Shown: positions 23,897 through 36,703, counted from the stretch's first letter. The stretch: 62,715 bases of DNA from Patescibacteria group bacterium (GCA_031539165.1 JAVKLK010000034.1:1-62715); one strand, 5' to 3'. A program made the numbers and translations. Notes: a model not told the origin generated them from the sequence alone.

Positions 23897-24946
23897 ATGC
23901 TCCACAAGGAACTCTATCGTCCTAGCACAACCCTTGCCGAAGACATTGCTCAAATTACTTCCCCTCGACAGGAGGCCTCTCCGGTAGATATTGCAAACAT
24001 TGTGACAAAGTACTTTGTGGAGTATGTTATTGATGGAAGGGGGAATACTCGAATTCCATACTCACAAGTTGAGTATATTTTTGAGAATGCCCATCCAGTA
24101 TTGTCGGGGAATCCTCATGTTCGAGAACATGACTTTTTCACCAGTGCCGTTGGTACGGCAAAATATGCGCTCACCATGCTTGGAGATGTGGCTGCTACGA
24201 CACAAGTATGTGAGGAAATATTGCATGGATGAAGTAGGAAGAGTGCTGGGAAGACAAAACAAAAGGTAGTACATATTCTTGATTTGGGATCCGGTTCTTG
24301 AATACTCCTCCTCATGGGACATATTCGAGCTCTTCGTTCTGGAAAGAGTGTCGGAAGTGCTACCGGGCTTGAATGGAACTGAACCGTTGCACAACGATCT
24401 CATGCATTGCTCTCAGCTCTTTCAGTAGGGCAGGTTACACGGGCTGACACGACAAAGATTGCATCATATCCTGAAACCCCTCCAGATATCATACTGAATG
24501 AGAACCTCTCAAGAGAAAGAGTTCCTTTGTACTATGGAATGGGAGATGTTCAGTATGAACCATTTTTACGGAATATCCACGTCATGGATCGTCTTTATGG
24601 GGAGGCGATTGGGCATTCCTACATGTTTCCACGATTGACTCGACTTTCATTCTCTGATCATGAGATAGAAATGCCTTTTGGTTTACGGCACGAGTCTCCT
24701 GAGCATGTGCTTTGGAAGTATTTTGATAAAACATTTGTGGAACCGAAATGGTTTCGAAGTGTTGAGTCACAAGAAGCAGAAGCACTTCGAAATCTCTCAA
24801 GAACAGTAAGTCCTCTCTCTTTGTCAATAGGAAGGAGACTGCTTCCTCTTTCAGAAATCGGAAGAACCTATCGTTCATACGCTCAAGCATACACGGGAGA
24901 TGGAAAGATTGTGAACCAAATCCATCAATCGGATAGACGTTGGTAG
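23897..24946 (+). CDS. Class I SAM-dependent methyltransferase-like protein with a C-terminal extension (349 aa)
   Basis: ORFs 23897 and 24407 are in the same frame and join through 3 TGA. Motif I-like VVHILDLGSGS-G(TGA)-ILLL. The substrate is not inferable. Confidence 0.5.
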
Positions 24947-24957
24947 TCCTCCGCCGC

Positions 24958-25470
24958 TTACTTCTTCTGAGAAGGGGAATGCTCTATGACGAGCTCCCCT
25001 TGGACTTTGTCAACAAAGAGAACTCCATTGAGATGGTCAATCTCGTGCTGAACAATTCGTGCATTAAAGCCATCAAGGGGGAGTTTTTTTAGCAAAAATC
25101 GTTCGTCTCTGAACTCGAGCTGTATCTGGGTGCTTCGAAGCACCTTTCCGTACTCTCCAGGACAACTGAAACAGCCCTCCTCATCCAATTCACAGGTCTC
25201 AGACGCCCAGGTGATTACTGGATTAATCATAAGGAGTGTTTTTACGAGATGGAATTCTCCATCTTCCTCATGGTACATGTTTACCACGATCATGCGCTTA
25301 TTGAGTCCTACTTGAGGTGCCGCAAGTCAGGCTCCGTTATTTTTTGCCTTAAGCCATTTAACCATAGCTCTCCCTGTAACAAGTACTTCGGAGAGCTCTT
25401 CCTTTTTTACCTCTGTTGAGATGGAGCGAAGAATCTGATTTTCTTCTCCTGTTTGAATATCTATTTTCAT
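24958..25470 (-). CDS. def: Peptide deformylase
   Basis: G-A-G(TGA 25327)-LAAPQVG, EGCFS and HEIDHLNG motifs. The ATG is at 25470. Length 170 aa. Confidence 0.92.
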
Positions 25471-25508
25471 ACTTTGATTTTATCATCATTTGGCTAAAAT
25501 CAAACCCT

Positions 25509-26825
25509 ATGCTCGATATACTCAGAAAAACTCTCGGACTTCAAAGTCCAATTCGCGTTCTCTATCATTTTATTCGGTGATATATTGCGCTTCATTTGTA
25601 CAGGAATCCTGCTCGGCGGATGATCGTCATTTGAGTTACTGGAACAAAAGGTAAATCCACCACGACAAATCTTATTGCGAGGTGACTTGAAGCAGCAGGA
25701 AAGAAGGTGTGTATGTTTTCAACGGTGAATCTTTGTTTGGACGGAAACTGGTGGGCAAACCCATATAAAATGACAAGTCCAGACCCTTTTGTGCTCCAAA
25801 AGTTTCTTGCAGAAGGACTTCAGTCTGGTGCGGAGTATGCTGTGATAGAGGTTTCCAGTCATGCACTTTTCTATAGTCGGGTGTATGGGATAGATTTTGA
25901 TGTTGCTGTTTTTACTAATCTTTCTCAAGATCATCTTGATCTCCATGGAACCATGGAGGAATATGCCAAAACAAAGTTAAAACTTTTTACTGGACTTGCC
26001 TATGGATTCCGAAAAAAAGGAATCAAGAAAGTAAGCGTCGTAAATATTGATGATGCATATTCCGAAGAATTCCTCAAGGCAACTGTCGATACACTCTATA
26101 CATTTTGAAACTCCGCAAACGCACAAGTTCGAGCTCTTGATATCCAACCCCAAGATGACGGAATGGGCTTCACAGTCAAGATGCCGTCGCATACATTTCC
26201 TGTCAAAACGCACCTATTCGGGGCGTTTAATGTAAGTAATATTCTTGCGGCGATAGCGGTGCTTATTTCACAAAAGATAGATACACAAGCTATTACTCAT
26301 GCGGTATCTGAGCTTCAGGGTATAGCATGACGGCTTCAAGAAATTTCTGTGGATCTTCCCTGTAGGGTATTCGTGGACTATGCCCATACGGAAGAGTCTC
26401 TTAAGCAGGTACTTTCTACTCTCCGAGAGCTCCCAGGATGCCAGAGAATTATAACGGTCTTTGGTGCCACTTGAGATAGAGATAGAAGCAAGCGTCCGAA
26501 AATGGGTGCAATTGTGCATGCGCTGAGTGATATAGTGCTTCTCACCGAGGACGACAACTATACCGAGGAACAGTTTCAGATTATGAGTGAAGTATCGCAG
26601 GGAATCAAGAGAAAAGAGGGAGATGACTTTTGGATTATCTTCCATCGAGAGGATGCTATCCGAACTGCATTGCTTTCGGCTCAGGAGGGGGATATTGTAC
26701 TCCTAGCAGGGAAAGGAGCAGAAGAGATTATTGTTCGGAATACTGGTGCTGAGCCTTGGTCTGATGGCGAAACGGCTCGTCGGATTGCTCGTGAAATAGG
26801 GCAGAATCGTTTAGTTTCCCGATAG
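25509..26825 (+). CDS. murE: Mur ligase, most like UDP-N-acetylmuramoyl-L-alanyl-D-glutamate--2,6-diaminopimelate (or L-lysine) ligase MurE
   Basis: P-loop VI-G(TGA)-VTGTKGKSTT, NLSQDHLDLHG, DYAHT and FGAT-G(TGA)-DRDRSKRPKMG. Three track ORFs in frame 0 join by TGA. Confidence 0.8.
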
Positions 26826-27068
26826 AGAAACAGCATTCTCATGAAGGGTTCCCTCGTAGGCAACTCCATCAATGAGGATTCGTACGTACCGGGCGCTCGT
26901 TCCCCGTTGTACTATATTTGTTCCGTCAATTGGCTTTGATGGCACAACATTTTGATAACTGAGAACATCCGCTCTGACTTTTCCAAGAGCGGGCGATTGC
27001 ATTCCTCAAAGAAAGGCCCCGAGAATAACGAGAAGTGCGATGTTAGCGACGATGCCAGTTGAATTCAT
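26811..27068 (-). CDS. Small membrane-anchored hypothetical protein (85 aa)
   Basis: ATG at 27068, TM segment IVANIALLVILGAFL, one TGA. The 3' end overlaps the murE 3' end by 15 nt. Confidence 0.45.
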
Positions 27069-27154
27069 ATCCACATTTGACCATATTCGTTTTGTTGTGT
27101 CAAACAGATATTACGATTGAAAAAAGACTACTTCTGGATAGAGTGGGGCGCACT

Positions 27155-28057
27155 ATGGACTTTTTTCTTTCTTCGGCATTTATCCGATACGAACTGTACG
27201 CCTTGTTTTTTTGTCTCGCTTTCGCTCTTCTTTATGCGAGCACAGAGCTTTTTATTCGATTGAGAAATCTTTGGGATACGGTATTTCCAAAGGGAAGAAA
27301 GGTACACGAAGAAGTGAAAACTGTTTTTCAAAAAGAGGCGCCAGTAGAGGTTTTGGAGGAGCCTGCCTCTCTGGATAAACCTCTCGAACCAGAAGAGGAA
27401 AATGAGCCTACATTGACCCTAGAGAAACGAATGGAGTTGGCAGATTTGGCGAAACTCATTCGTACAAAAATTGCTCGATGAGAGCTTTCTGATGCGAGGG
27501 GTAAAATTATTGAGGGGCTTGCGATTGATAAATGGAATAAGGAGCTGAATTGCTTGCTTGCCTCGCTCTATGAGAGAGACAACGAATATCGTAAGGCGGA
27601 ACTCATTTACAAGGATCTTATTTTGGTGCATGATACGGATGCTGAAATCTACATGAAACTCGGATTCTCTCTCTCTATTCAGGGGAAGTATGAGATAGCC
27701 TATGAGATATACAAAAAACTCTTAGAAATTTCAGAGTCTCATATTGAGGCTGCTGAGATGCTCGCAAATATCGCCCATGAACTTGGGAGACACGAACAGG
27801 CAGTTGAGCATGCAAAACTCTTTCTTAAATCACACCCGAGAAATGCCGATATTCTTACGATTCTCTCGATTAGTCTCATAGAATTAGGAAATAAAGAGTC
27901 TGCCCTTGAAGCTCTAGAAAAACTGAAGAATCTTGACCCGTATAATCCAAGAGTTCGAGAAATGAAAGAGAAGCTTGAGCTTGAATTGGAGCTTGCGAAG
28001 AAATTTGAATCTGCGACCGATACTGTTCAGCCAGAATCTCCTGGAGAAACCCGATAA
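27155..28057 (+). CDS. TPR-repeat protein with an N-terminal TM segment (300 aa)
   Basis: ORFs 27059 and 27554 are in the same frame and join by the TGA at 27479. The C-terminal half shows 34-aa TPR-like periodicity (..AELIYKDLI.., ..AYEIYKKLL.., ..ALEALEKLKNLDPYNP). Confidence 0.6.
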
Positions 28058-28069
28058 TCTTATTTCCTC

Positions 28070-29404
28070 ATGATTCCAAAGATACCCCCGCATTCCATTG
28101 AAGCAGAACAGGGAGTTCTCGGCTCCATTCTTCTTGATAAAGATGGGATTATCCAGATATCTTCCCTCGTTGCTCCAGAGGACTTTTATGATGGGAAAAA
28201 TGCAGTCATTTACGAGGTGATGCTGGATTTATTTTTGAAGAATCGCCCGATAGATCTTCTTACCGTTCGAGAGTATCTCGATGATAGAAAGAAGCTCGAG
28301 GAAGTGGGAGGAAATCAGTATCTTATCGCTCTTACAAACTCGATATTTACGAGTTCGAACATTTATCAGTACGGTCAGATTGTAAAAACGAAATCCGTTC
28401 TGCGAAAACTTATCAAGGCAGGAAGTGATATCTTGATGTACTGATACGATGAGGAGTCCGATATGAATAAATTGCTTGAGAAATCAGAACAGTCGTTGTT
28501 CTCGGTTACTCAGACTTTTATTCAGAATAAACTTATCCATATCAAGGATATCATTAACCTTCGATATGAAGAATTTGCTGAAATCCATGCGAATCCAGAT
28601 CATGCAAACCTTTGATCAATTCACTCTGGCTTCCGGGGGATAGACGGGAAAGTTGGATGATTTAAGCCGGGTGATATGGTTATTATTGCGGCTCGTCCTT
28701 CCATGGGTAAAACTGCTCTTATGCTCAACATCGCCCAAAATGTTGCAGAACGCGGGAAGAATGTTGCTTTCTTCTCTCTAGAAATGAGTAAGGAGCAGCT
28801 CACGGATCGATTGATTTCCGCAACGATGGGAATCGATAGCTGGAAACTTCAAAAAGGACTCCTAGAAGATGAGGAGTTTGCAAGAATGGGTGATGCTCTT
28901 GAGAGACTCTCCAAAGCAAATATTTATATTGATGATTCTCCAATGGGAAATCTTCTGGAGATTAAGTCTAAGGCACGACGACTCAAGCTTGAATCTGGAG
29001 TTGATTTAGTGGTAATCGACTACCTCCAGCTTATGTCAGGGGGAAACCCAATGAATCGAGTTCAGGAAATCTCCGATATCTCAAGAGGAATTAAATCGTT
29101 GGCTCGTGAGTTACAGGTTCCCATTGTCATCGGTTCTCAACTTTCTCGTGCAGTAGAATCTCGAACCACAAAAGAACCAATTCTTTCGGATTTGCGCGAG
29201 TCTGGATCTATTGAGCAAGATGCTGACGTGGTAATGATGATTTACCGAGAAGATTACTATGATGAATTTACCGAGAACAAGGGGGTTACGAGTATCTTTA
29301 TTCGAAAAAATCGAAATGGACCAACGGGGCAAGTGGATCTCAAATTTGAGAAAAAGTTCCAGAAATTCTATGATGTAGAGACTCAGCGAGAGTATCAAGA
29401 ATAA
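28070..29404 (+). CDS. dnaB: Replicative DNA helicase DnaB
   Basis: PHSIEAEQGVLGSILLD N-terminus, SGFRGIDGKVG-G(TGA)-FKPGDMVIIAARPSMGKTA Walker A, VVIDYLQLM, SQLSR and ESGSIEQDAD. Three in-frame TGA. Confidence 0.93.
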
Positions 29405-29437
29405 ATAATGCCGAAGGGAAGGGGGCTATTGATTACA

Positions 29438-30700
29438 TCAGGCCCCTTTTTCATTTGATGTTTGACTGTTGCATACATCCCGCGCAACTTTCTTGTAGGG
29501 CTCAAGAAGTCGGGTTCCGGACTCGAGTTCTATATAGATTCTTCCGAGTCGTCCTTCGATTGAATCTTTCAGCACCTGTTCTTCTCCAATTTGATCCATA
29601 AGAAGTTGGTATCGCTCAAGCACATCTTTGGCTACATCTGCTTGAAGCGTCTGGATATTTTTATACCTCGCAATCCATGCATCAGTATCGGGTGCAGTTT
29701 CTGGTTTCGGAGTAAAGGAATAGAGTCCTTTCATTTTTTCAAATCCTTGTGCTATTCGGAGCCCCGTGTCTCGAAGAAATCCAGAGATTCCCGATGTGGA
29801 ATCGGGCGTATTGTAGTTTCAGGCAGCTCGGAGTGTGACATCGGAGGTATTCTCTAGGAGTCATGCCTTCTTGAGTTTTGGTGCGAGCTCACTTTCTTTG
29901 GTAGCACGAGCTCTTTTTTCGTCCTCGGATTCAAGAGCTTGGTTGCTATTCTGCCACTCTGACATTTTCCCTTTCAGATTGCGGGCCGTTTCTCCAACTT
30001 TGGTTATAGCAGTGGAAAGGCGCTTAAACACATCTCATCGAACTGTACAGCTTTGTATGGCTCCAGGGCCATAGGCGGTCTGAATTTTGGAAGTAAAATC
30101 CGTCGGAGTAAGGAGAAACTGAGTTTCTAGAGGCGGCCGTCCTGTAGTTACATTTCTATAAAGACAGACAATAGAAGTATGATTTTTAATCAGGGTCTCT
30201 GCAATTTCCCCAGCAGACATGTTTCCTGATTCTCCGGGAAGAATGGTTTGAGTTTCAAGAGAAGTATTCTGCCCGCAGGTTTGATAGAGCTGATCCACTG
30301 CAAGAGTCAGATCTTCTTGCTTTGATACAAGAAGCTTTAGGTCTCGTCTGAGCGCTGTCGGAGTTTCGCTTTTGAGAGCAAGTTCTGTATTGAATGCTGC
30401 CGCTCCGAGATAACAATCTTGATTTAATGCCCTATTCGTACCACGAACTATCAAGGCAGCAGCACGTTCTATATTTTCACTGGAGCTTGGAACATTCTTT
30501 CCCCCGAGCGCTCCACAAGAGGCATTCTTGGTTGAATCTTTGAGCTTCTCAAGCGCGGTATCAAGATTCGTAATATACTGAGAAAGAGCAGTGTCTGGCC
30601 CCTTCTCTATAGTGCACTGATCCGCAGCGAAAATCACACCTGGAAGTGCTCCGAGTATCAGAAAGCAGAGAACGCGAGCGCTAGTTTTGAGGAATTTCAT
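29438..30700 (-). CDS. Secreted Cys-containing hypothetical protein (420 aa)
   Basis: Signal peptide MKFLKTSARVLCFLILGALPGVIFA. ORFs 30035..30700 and 29438..29734 join in frame through TGA at 30035, 29861 and 29819 (hand translated). The stop is TGA-independent. The start overlaps the upstream gene by 20 nt. Confidence 0.6.
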
Positions 30701-32276
30701 CGAGTTTTTTTACAAGGGAAACAAAATTTCCGAGATGATTTACAAATGCTTTTGTGAAGGCCTCAAACTGCAGTATATCATCCGAAAATCCAGAAGCATA
30801 TTCATTCTTTATGGAGGCCTCTTTGAGAGAGGCATATTCTGATCGAAATGATCTCCCTGGAGTAAACTTTGCATTGGTAAAATCTGAGGTGAGCCCTTCG
30901 AGATAGCTAATTCCCAAATCCTTTTCGTTGTTCGCAATAGAGGAGAGAGCGTTAGCGCGTCGAACATCTATTCCATAATCTTTGAACACCCCTGACTTCA
31001 TTTCCGTAAACTCTTTTTGGGCATCTGTCTGGAACGGTGTTCCTCTCGGTGTTTTTTTGGCAGGAAGATTGAGTATGGGGGCAGGAAGACTGCTTACCAC
31101 TACTCCAATATGAGACATACTGGGGAGGTCAATGTTTTTTAAGAGAAGGTCGAAGAAATTATTCGTATGCTTTGCCTGAATGAAGCTTGATCCAGCAAAG
31201 TGATTCACAATCTTTAGATTCTGCTGGAGGATGGATTCTATGGAATAGTTTTTTGTTCCCATGAGAAGCAGTCCATTGTACATGATAAAATCTACCTTGA
31301 TACAAAAAAATCCCGTACATCCGAAACGACTACTTCCACCAACTCACTGGAGGGCATTTTGAGCTCCTTCTCCTGGTCCCGTCACAGTATCTACACCGAT
31401 AGGAAAGTCATTACCTTGAAGGTCTCAGGGAAGAGTCTGAGAGCCTTCGTTGTTTCCAAAAGCGGTTTGCCTCTGAAGATCTGCAAGCAGTCCAGCATCC
31501 ATTCCTCCCAAGAGAGTCCCACTCGCACAAAGTGCTGCAAGCGTAGGTGTCTGAGCTCCGCTGCTGGAGCTTGTAGGCTGATTGAGTCGCCATCCAGCGT
31601 CGGCTAAATCACGAGAAAGTCTATCATCAAGAGTTGCCCCCTGACTCAGGCCCTCTGTAAGTGCCAATGGGCTCGCGAAGAATGACCCAAGAGAAGTTGC
31701 ACTTGTATTCGGAGTTCCTGTATAGGGGATATCTTTTGCAAAGATAACATCATGAATCTGTTCCAGATCTTTCATGAGATCGAAGCTCGAGTTTTTGAGT
31801 GAACCATCCGTATAGAGTCCAATATTTCCGAGTGAATTCAAGGTCTGCTGTTCTCGAGAAGTCTCTCGTCTGATTTTTGCATAATCGGATCGGATAACAT
31901 CTCGTATGCAAGCGAGTATATCTGATTCGAGTCCTGCCTTAGCCGTGGAACTGAGATGGTTGGCTAATGGGGCCACACTTCCTCCTTCAAGTTCTGTCAG
32001 CTCATCATTGGTAAAATCTTTCCCCGCAACAAGAAGAGAAGTATTCGGAGGTGTTTTACATTGTTTTTGGATTGCAGCATTGAGTCTGGCTGTAGAGCCA
32101 ACGAGTCTTTTTCCTACGAGAGACTTTTTGGTAACTCAGAATCATTCGTCCACTTTTCGATAGAGGTCTGTTCCGAGGTCTTCTCCAATATACCCCTGAG
32201 CAAATAGGCTTTGGGGGAATATGAATTGCGTTGCCAGTAGGCTAACGAGTAGGAGTCGAAGTAAATGTGAGAACAC
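30681..32276 (-). CDS. Secreted hypothetical protein (about 531 aa) with the motif FGCTGFFCIKVDF
   Basis: ORFs 31425..31976 and 30681..31283 join in frame via TGA at 31425 and 31344. The frame extends upstream through TGA at 32142 and 32136 to a GTG at 32276, which gives the signal-like [28 protein letters not shown]. The stop is TAG at 30681. The start codon is uncertain. Confidence 0.55.
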
Positions 32277-34791
32277 CTTTTTTTGCGGTTACGGCAATTG
32301 TAGCAGGTTTGTCTCGAACAATCAATAACTGAGCGATTTCATCCTCTATTTTATCCTGAATGTATCGACGAACGGGACGCGCTCAATAGGCAGGATCATA
32401 GGTTTCTTTTTGAATGAGCTGGACTACTTTTGAGTCAAATTCCAAAGTTACCCCAACCTGAGCGAGTCGATCGACGAGTCGACTAAGTTGAATTTTTATA
32501 ATCTTCCCGAGAGACTTGGTATCAAGCGGAGAGAAAACCACGATTTTATCAATACGGTTGATGAATTCTGGGGCGAAGAATTCATCTAAATCCCCAACAA
32601 TACGTTCTTTTATTGCTACGTAATCTTTGATAATTTTCTTTTCTTCAGACTCCGAAAGATTGAATCCTATTTGACTCGCTTTGCTCGTGAACTCTTCCGC
32701 TCCAAGATTGGAAGTCATTACAACGATAGTATTTTTAAAATTTATTTTTCTTCATTTTCCATCGGTCACTACTCCATCTTCGAGAATTTGAAGGAGGAGA
32801 TTAAATACTTCAAAGTTTCCCTTTTCGATTTCATCGAAAAGTACGACTGAGTACGGTTTGCGTCGAACCTTCTCGGTGAGCATACCCCCTTCCTCGTATC
32901 AGACATATCCAGCAGTTGTACCAATCAATTTACTTGCGCTGGATCGCTCGTTGAATTCTGACATATCAATCTTGATGAGCGCTTTTGGATCACCGTAAAA
33001 TTCTTCTGCCAAGACTTTTACGAGTTCTGTTTTCCCAACTCCCGTTGGCCCCAAAAGAAGAAAACTTCCTATAGGGCGATTTGCATCAGAAATCCCTGCT
33101 CGAGAGCGTTTTATAGCGTTTACTACCGCATCGACTGCCTCGTCTTGATCAATAATACGCTTTTTGATAACTCCTCCGAGTTGAGAGAGCTTCTCGATAT
33201 CCTTATTATCAAGGTTTTTCTCAGGAACTCCGGTCATCTGCTCCACGATTTTTTGTACATCCACTCCAGTGATATGGAGTCGTTTTTCTCGAGGAATACT
33301 TTTTTTCAGTTTCTTTTCTTGGATCTTCGCTTCAAGCTCTTCTCGCTTCTCTTTTGCTTTTATGGCTTTGTGATACTGCTGACTCATTATGAAGCCTTCC
33401 ATATCCTTGGTAATGGTCTCGATTTCTTCTTTTATTTTTTTGATTTCATCTTCATCGAAGTTGTATTTCATCGATTTCGCAGAACACGCTTCATCAATGA
33501 GATCAATCGCTTTATCAGGAAGGAATCGATCCGTCACATATCGTGTCGAGAGAGACACAGCATCCTGTACGGCATCCTGATCGATGATGAGATTGTGGAA
33601 TTCTTCGAAGCTCGGAGCAAGGCCTGATATAATCTGAACCGCCACTTCTGGAGTCGGCTCCTCTACGGAAATTTTTTGGAATCGGCGTTCAAGGGCGGAA
33701 TCCTTTTCTATATATTTTTGATATTCGGAAGAAGTCGTGGCCCCAATAACACAAATTTTTCCGCGCCCCATTGCTGGTTTGAGAATATTTGCTGCATCGA
33801 GCGTCCCCTCTCCAGATCCTGCTCCGATAATGGTGTGAATCTCATCAATGAAGAGAATAATCTCGTTCTCAAGCTTGCTTGCTTCATCGATAATTTGTTT
33901 GATTCTTGCCTCAAACTCACCCCGATACTTTGTCCCAGCAACGAGTCCAGAAAGATCAAGCGCAACAATTCGTTTGTTTTGCATCGCAAGAGGGACGGTC
34001 CCTTCTATAATTCGTCTTGCGAGTCATTCTACAACGGCAGTTTTACCAACTCCGGGTTCGCCTACAAGACAAGGATTATTTTTTGTTTTCCGATTGAGAA
34101 TAGAGATGAGTCGCTCTATTTCTCCATCTCGACCAACTATGGGGTCTATCTTTCATTGCTTTGCTTGTTCGGTGAGATCGTTTCCGAAGAAATCGAGAGC
34201 GGGGGTTGTACTTTCAGATTTTCTCCCTTCTTGCTTTTTATTCGCAAAAAATGGATTATTCATGTCCTGTGCCTCATTCATATTATTCTCGAGAGCATTG
34301 AGAATCCCATCAAGAGGAGCAAACATTCCGGCATCCTTTGTTTTTTGAGATTCTTTTGAAAGCTTGATGAGTTCTCCTTCAAAATCTTTTGGACTTACCC
34401 CGACAAAGTCAAAGAACTGGAAGAGCCAAGATTCCTTTGGAGTTCTCAGAAGAGCCAAAAGAAAATCCTCTATCCCAGCTTTTCGTTTTTCAAAGCTTGC
34501 GGCAATTTTGACGGAAGAAACAATCAAATCCTTCACTCGAGGTGAAAGTCAAATGTATGGTCCAGTTGCCCCCTTGCGGTAGTCGACAAATGGTCTTTTT
34601 GCGAGAACATCTCGAACAATTTTTTCGTTGATTCCGTAACTCGCGAAGATTTCAAATATTGGACCAATATGAGTTTTCATTGCTTCCAAAAACACGTCTT
34701 CGGGAAGTATTTCAGGGAAATTACCCGCTTTGACGGTATTTTCGGTATCAATCATGAGTTTTTTGTACTCGTCGGAGAAATTGTTATACAT
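32242..34791 (-). CDS. clpC: Clp/Hsp100 AAA+ chaperone, ClpC-like (two AAA modules, short middle region)
   Basis: Clp_N repeats; D1 [13 protein letters not shown](TGA)-LARRI and [12 protein letters not shown]; D2 [15 protein letters not shown] and GYV-G(TGA)-YEEGGMLTE..[12 protein letters not shown]. Four track ORFs in one frame join through 6 TGA. The stop is TAG at 32242. Length 849 aa. Confidence 0.9.
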
Positions 34792-34812
34792 CGGAACGTG
34801 AAACGAAAAGGA

Positions 34813-35337
34813 TTAAATTCGAATTTTTTTGATTATCTCACCATGCTTCAGACAGCTACTGGTAATGAGTTTACCAGATATTCCCGCAAATAGGGTAAAA
34901 ATTCCATAGAGCATCATCCAGAAAGGAAGATTTACTGGTTTTGACGGAGATTGAATGCATTTCTCGAGAGTACATTTCTCTGCTGATACATCGACCTCCT
35001 TGGAAGAAAGAGGTGCCGCATGAGTAAAACTTGCTAGAAGAATGCAGCCAAGTCCAGAGAGCATTTGAAGTTTTTTCATGGTGCCTCGTTTGTATACACA
35101 GAGTCAGAGAATTCCAAATATGAAGGCATGCACGACAAATCAAAAAGCCAGAAGGACATGTGCTCCTCTTTCTACAGAAAAAGGCCAGAATGCGAGAGGG
35201 ATACTTGGGAGGGGAAATAGGTACGCAGAATCGCTATAGAGGATCATACCTGCCATGCTCAAAGAGAGAATAGTTCGAATTCCTCTGATAGTACTATCAG
35301 AGGGGCGTTTTTTGAGAAATTCAATAAATCGAAACAT
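34813..35337 (-). CDS. Membrane protein (174 aa if read through; the N-terminal part resembles DUF2892/YgaP-like small membrane proteins)
   Basis: ORFs 35140..35337 and 34813..35079 are in frame and join via TGA at 35140 and 35104. Alternatively, the distal 88-aa ORF with its own signal-like MKKLQMLSGLGCILLASFTHA is a separate gene. Confidence 0.45.
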
Positions 35338-35343
35338 AAAAAA

Positions 35344-36615
35344 TTATTGATGAGTAATAGAAGTCCCGCAGTGCATGCAGTGTTCCCCGGCTCGAAGTGT
35401 ATCTTTGCCACAGTTGGAACAAGCGATGAATTGAGAAGTGCCACAGCGAATACAGTGGTGTCCTCCGGTGAGTTTTGCTCCACAAGCCCAGCATTCGCCT
35501 TTTTCAGCCCGTTTTGCTCCGATTTCAAGTTTTCGGGCTTCTTTTGCTTTTGCTATTCTTCGCTGAACGAAGTATACCAATCCAAGCGTAAAAAGCACTG
35601 CGAAAAGAATCCAGAAATAGTAGAGTAACCCTACAATATTCAGTACTTCAAGAAAATCGATGAGTTTTGCAAGAAATACTTTAGGAATGATGTCGTATAT
35701 CAATGTTACTGCTCGCAACAGAAGGAAGATTCCTATAATTGTAAGGAGATGCGAAGAAATCAGGATTTGGTATGTTCTTCCTTTTCTCATGGCAAAGTTG
35801 GCCCAAACTCCCACACATATAAGGAGAGGAAGGAGGAAGAGTGCCTCTACTCCAGTCCGCTTAATCGGGTACCAAAATGAAAGATTTTCATAGTCTTCCA
35901 TTGCGCGAATTGCTTTGGGTCCAATTTTTGCGATAAGTTCCTGGAGTGCGGGACTTTGGAGAATTTCTTGGTTTTTTTGTTCCAGGGAGTGCTGTATTCT
36001 ACTCCGTTCAGATATGAATCAGGAAAGAGCTTCTTGGTGCTTCAGGGTCTCTGATTTGGCTGTTTCGGCTGTACCAGCATCAAGTTGATACTGCCTCTCC
36101 TGTCCTGCTATCTTCTCGAGAAGTTTCGTGTCATACGAGCTTCGTACCCGCGAAATATCTTGTTCTTTTCTCGAAATTTGATTGTTTATGGCCAAGAGGT
36201 TTGCCTGAATAGCTTCTCTCTCGTCAAATAAGCTAATGAGGATTGGATTTTGCCCCGCCTCATCAAGCGCTTTTTGGATGCCCTGACAATCCAGTGACTC
36301 ACTTGAGTCTCTCTGAAGGTACGGGGAACGATTGCCAGAGAACATATTGGCAAGGGAATCCACCACGGAGATATCCTTTTTAGAGTATATTCTCGCATTA
36401 TTCTGACATACGTAAGAAACAAAGTCTGAAGGTCGATCCACGGTATTGGATTGCTCTTCTATTCCAACAAAAATGTTGATGAAAAGAAATACATCGAGCA
36501 AGAGGATTACTGCGATTGAAAAGCGTGAAAGTGGTTCTTTTTCTTTGTCTTGAAGAACAAAAAGCCGGTTTTTTATTTCTGATAACTTTGCCAGTGTCCA
36601 TTGAATGTATTTCAT
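35344..36615 (-). CDS. Multi-pass membrane protein with a central coiled-coil and a C-terminal double zinc-ribbon (CxxC x4)
   Basis: ORFs 36019..36675 and 35344..35901 are in frame and join via the TGA at 36019. C-terminus CWACGAKL..HHCIRCG...CSNCGK...HCMHCG. The ATG at 36615 is preferred over the GTG at 36675. Confidence 0.6.
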
Positions 36616-36658
36616 GGGGGATTTTATTAGAGTGCCATCATGATACGCCTCCTCGAAC

Positions 36659-36699
36659 AAATGCAAATTTCTCACTAGAGAAATGCAAATTTCTCACTA
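36659..36699. repeat. Two direct copies of the 19-mer AAATGCAAATTTCTCACTA separated by GAG
   Basis: The copies lie at 36659-36677 and 36681-36699, in the divergent intergenic region between the zinc-ribbon membrane protein gene and ftsK. Confidence 0.85.
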
Positions 36700-36703
36700 T
36701 ACT
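36676..36703 (+). promoter_or_regulatory. Candidate ftsK promoter (TAGAGA, 16 nt, TATACT)
   Basis: The -10 TATACT (36698-36703) sits in the same TCACTATACTC context as the tRNA promoter at 14792. It ends only 8 nt before the ftsK ATG. Confidence 0.4.

Noticed and set aside
33145-34359. Plus-strand ORFs of 160, 227 and 166 aa antisense to clpC (also 38948..39370 and 39304..39549, plus-strand ORFs opposite the minus-strand hypothetical gene just downstream of ftsK).
   Set aside because: They are antisense shadows of a strongly supported AAA+ gene. The products are rich in F/L/S/C/R with no motifs.
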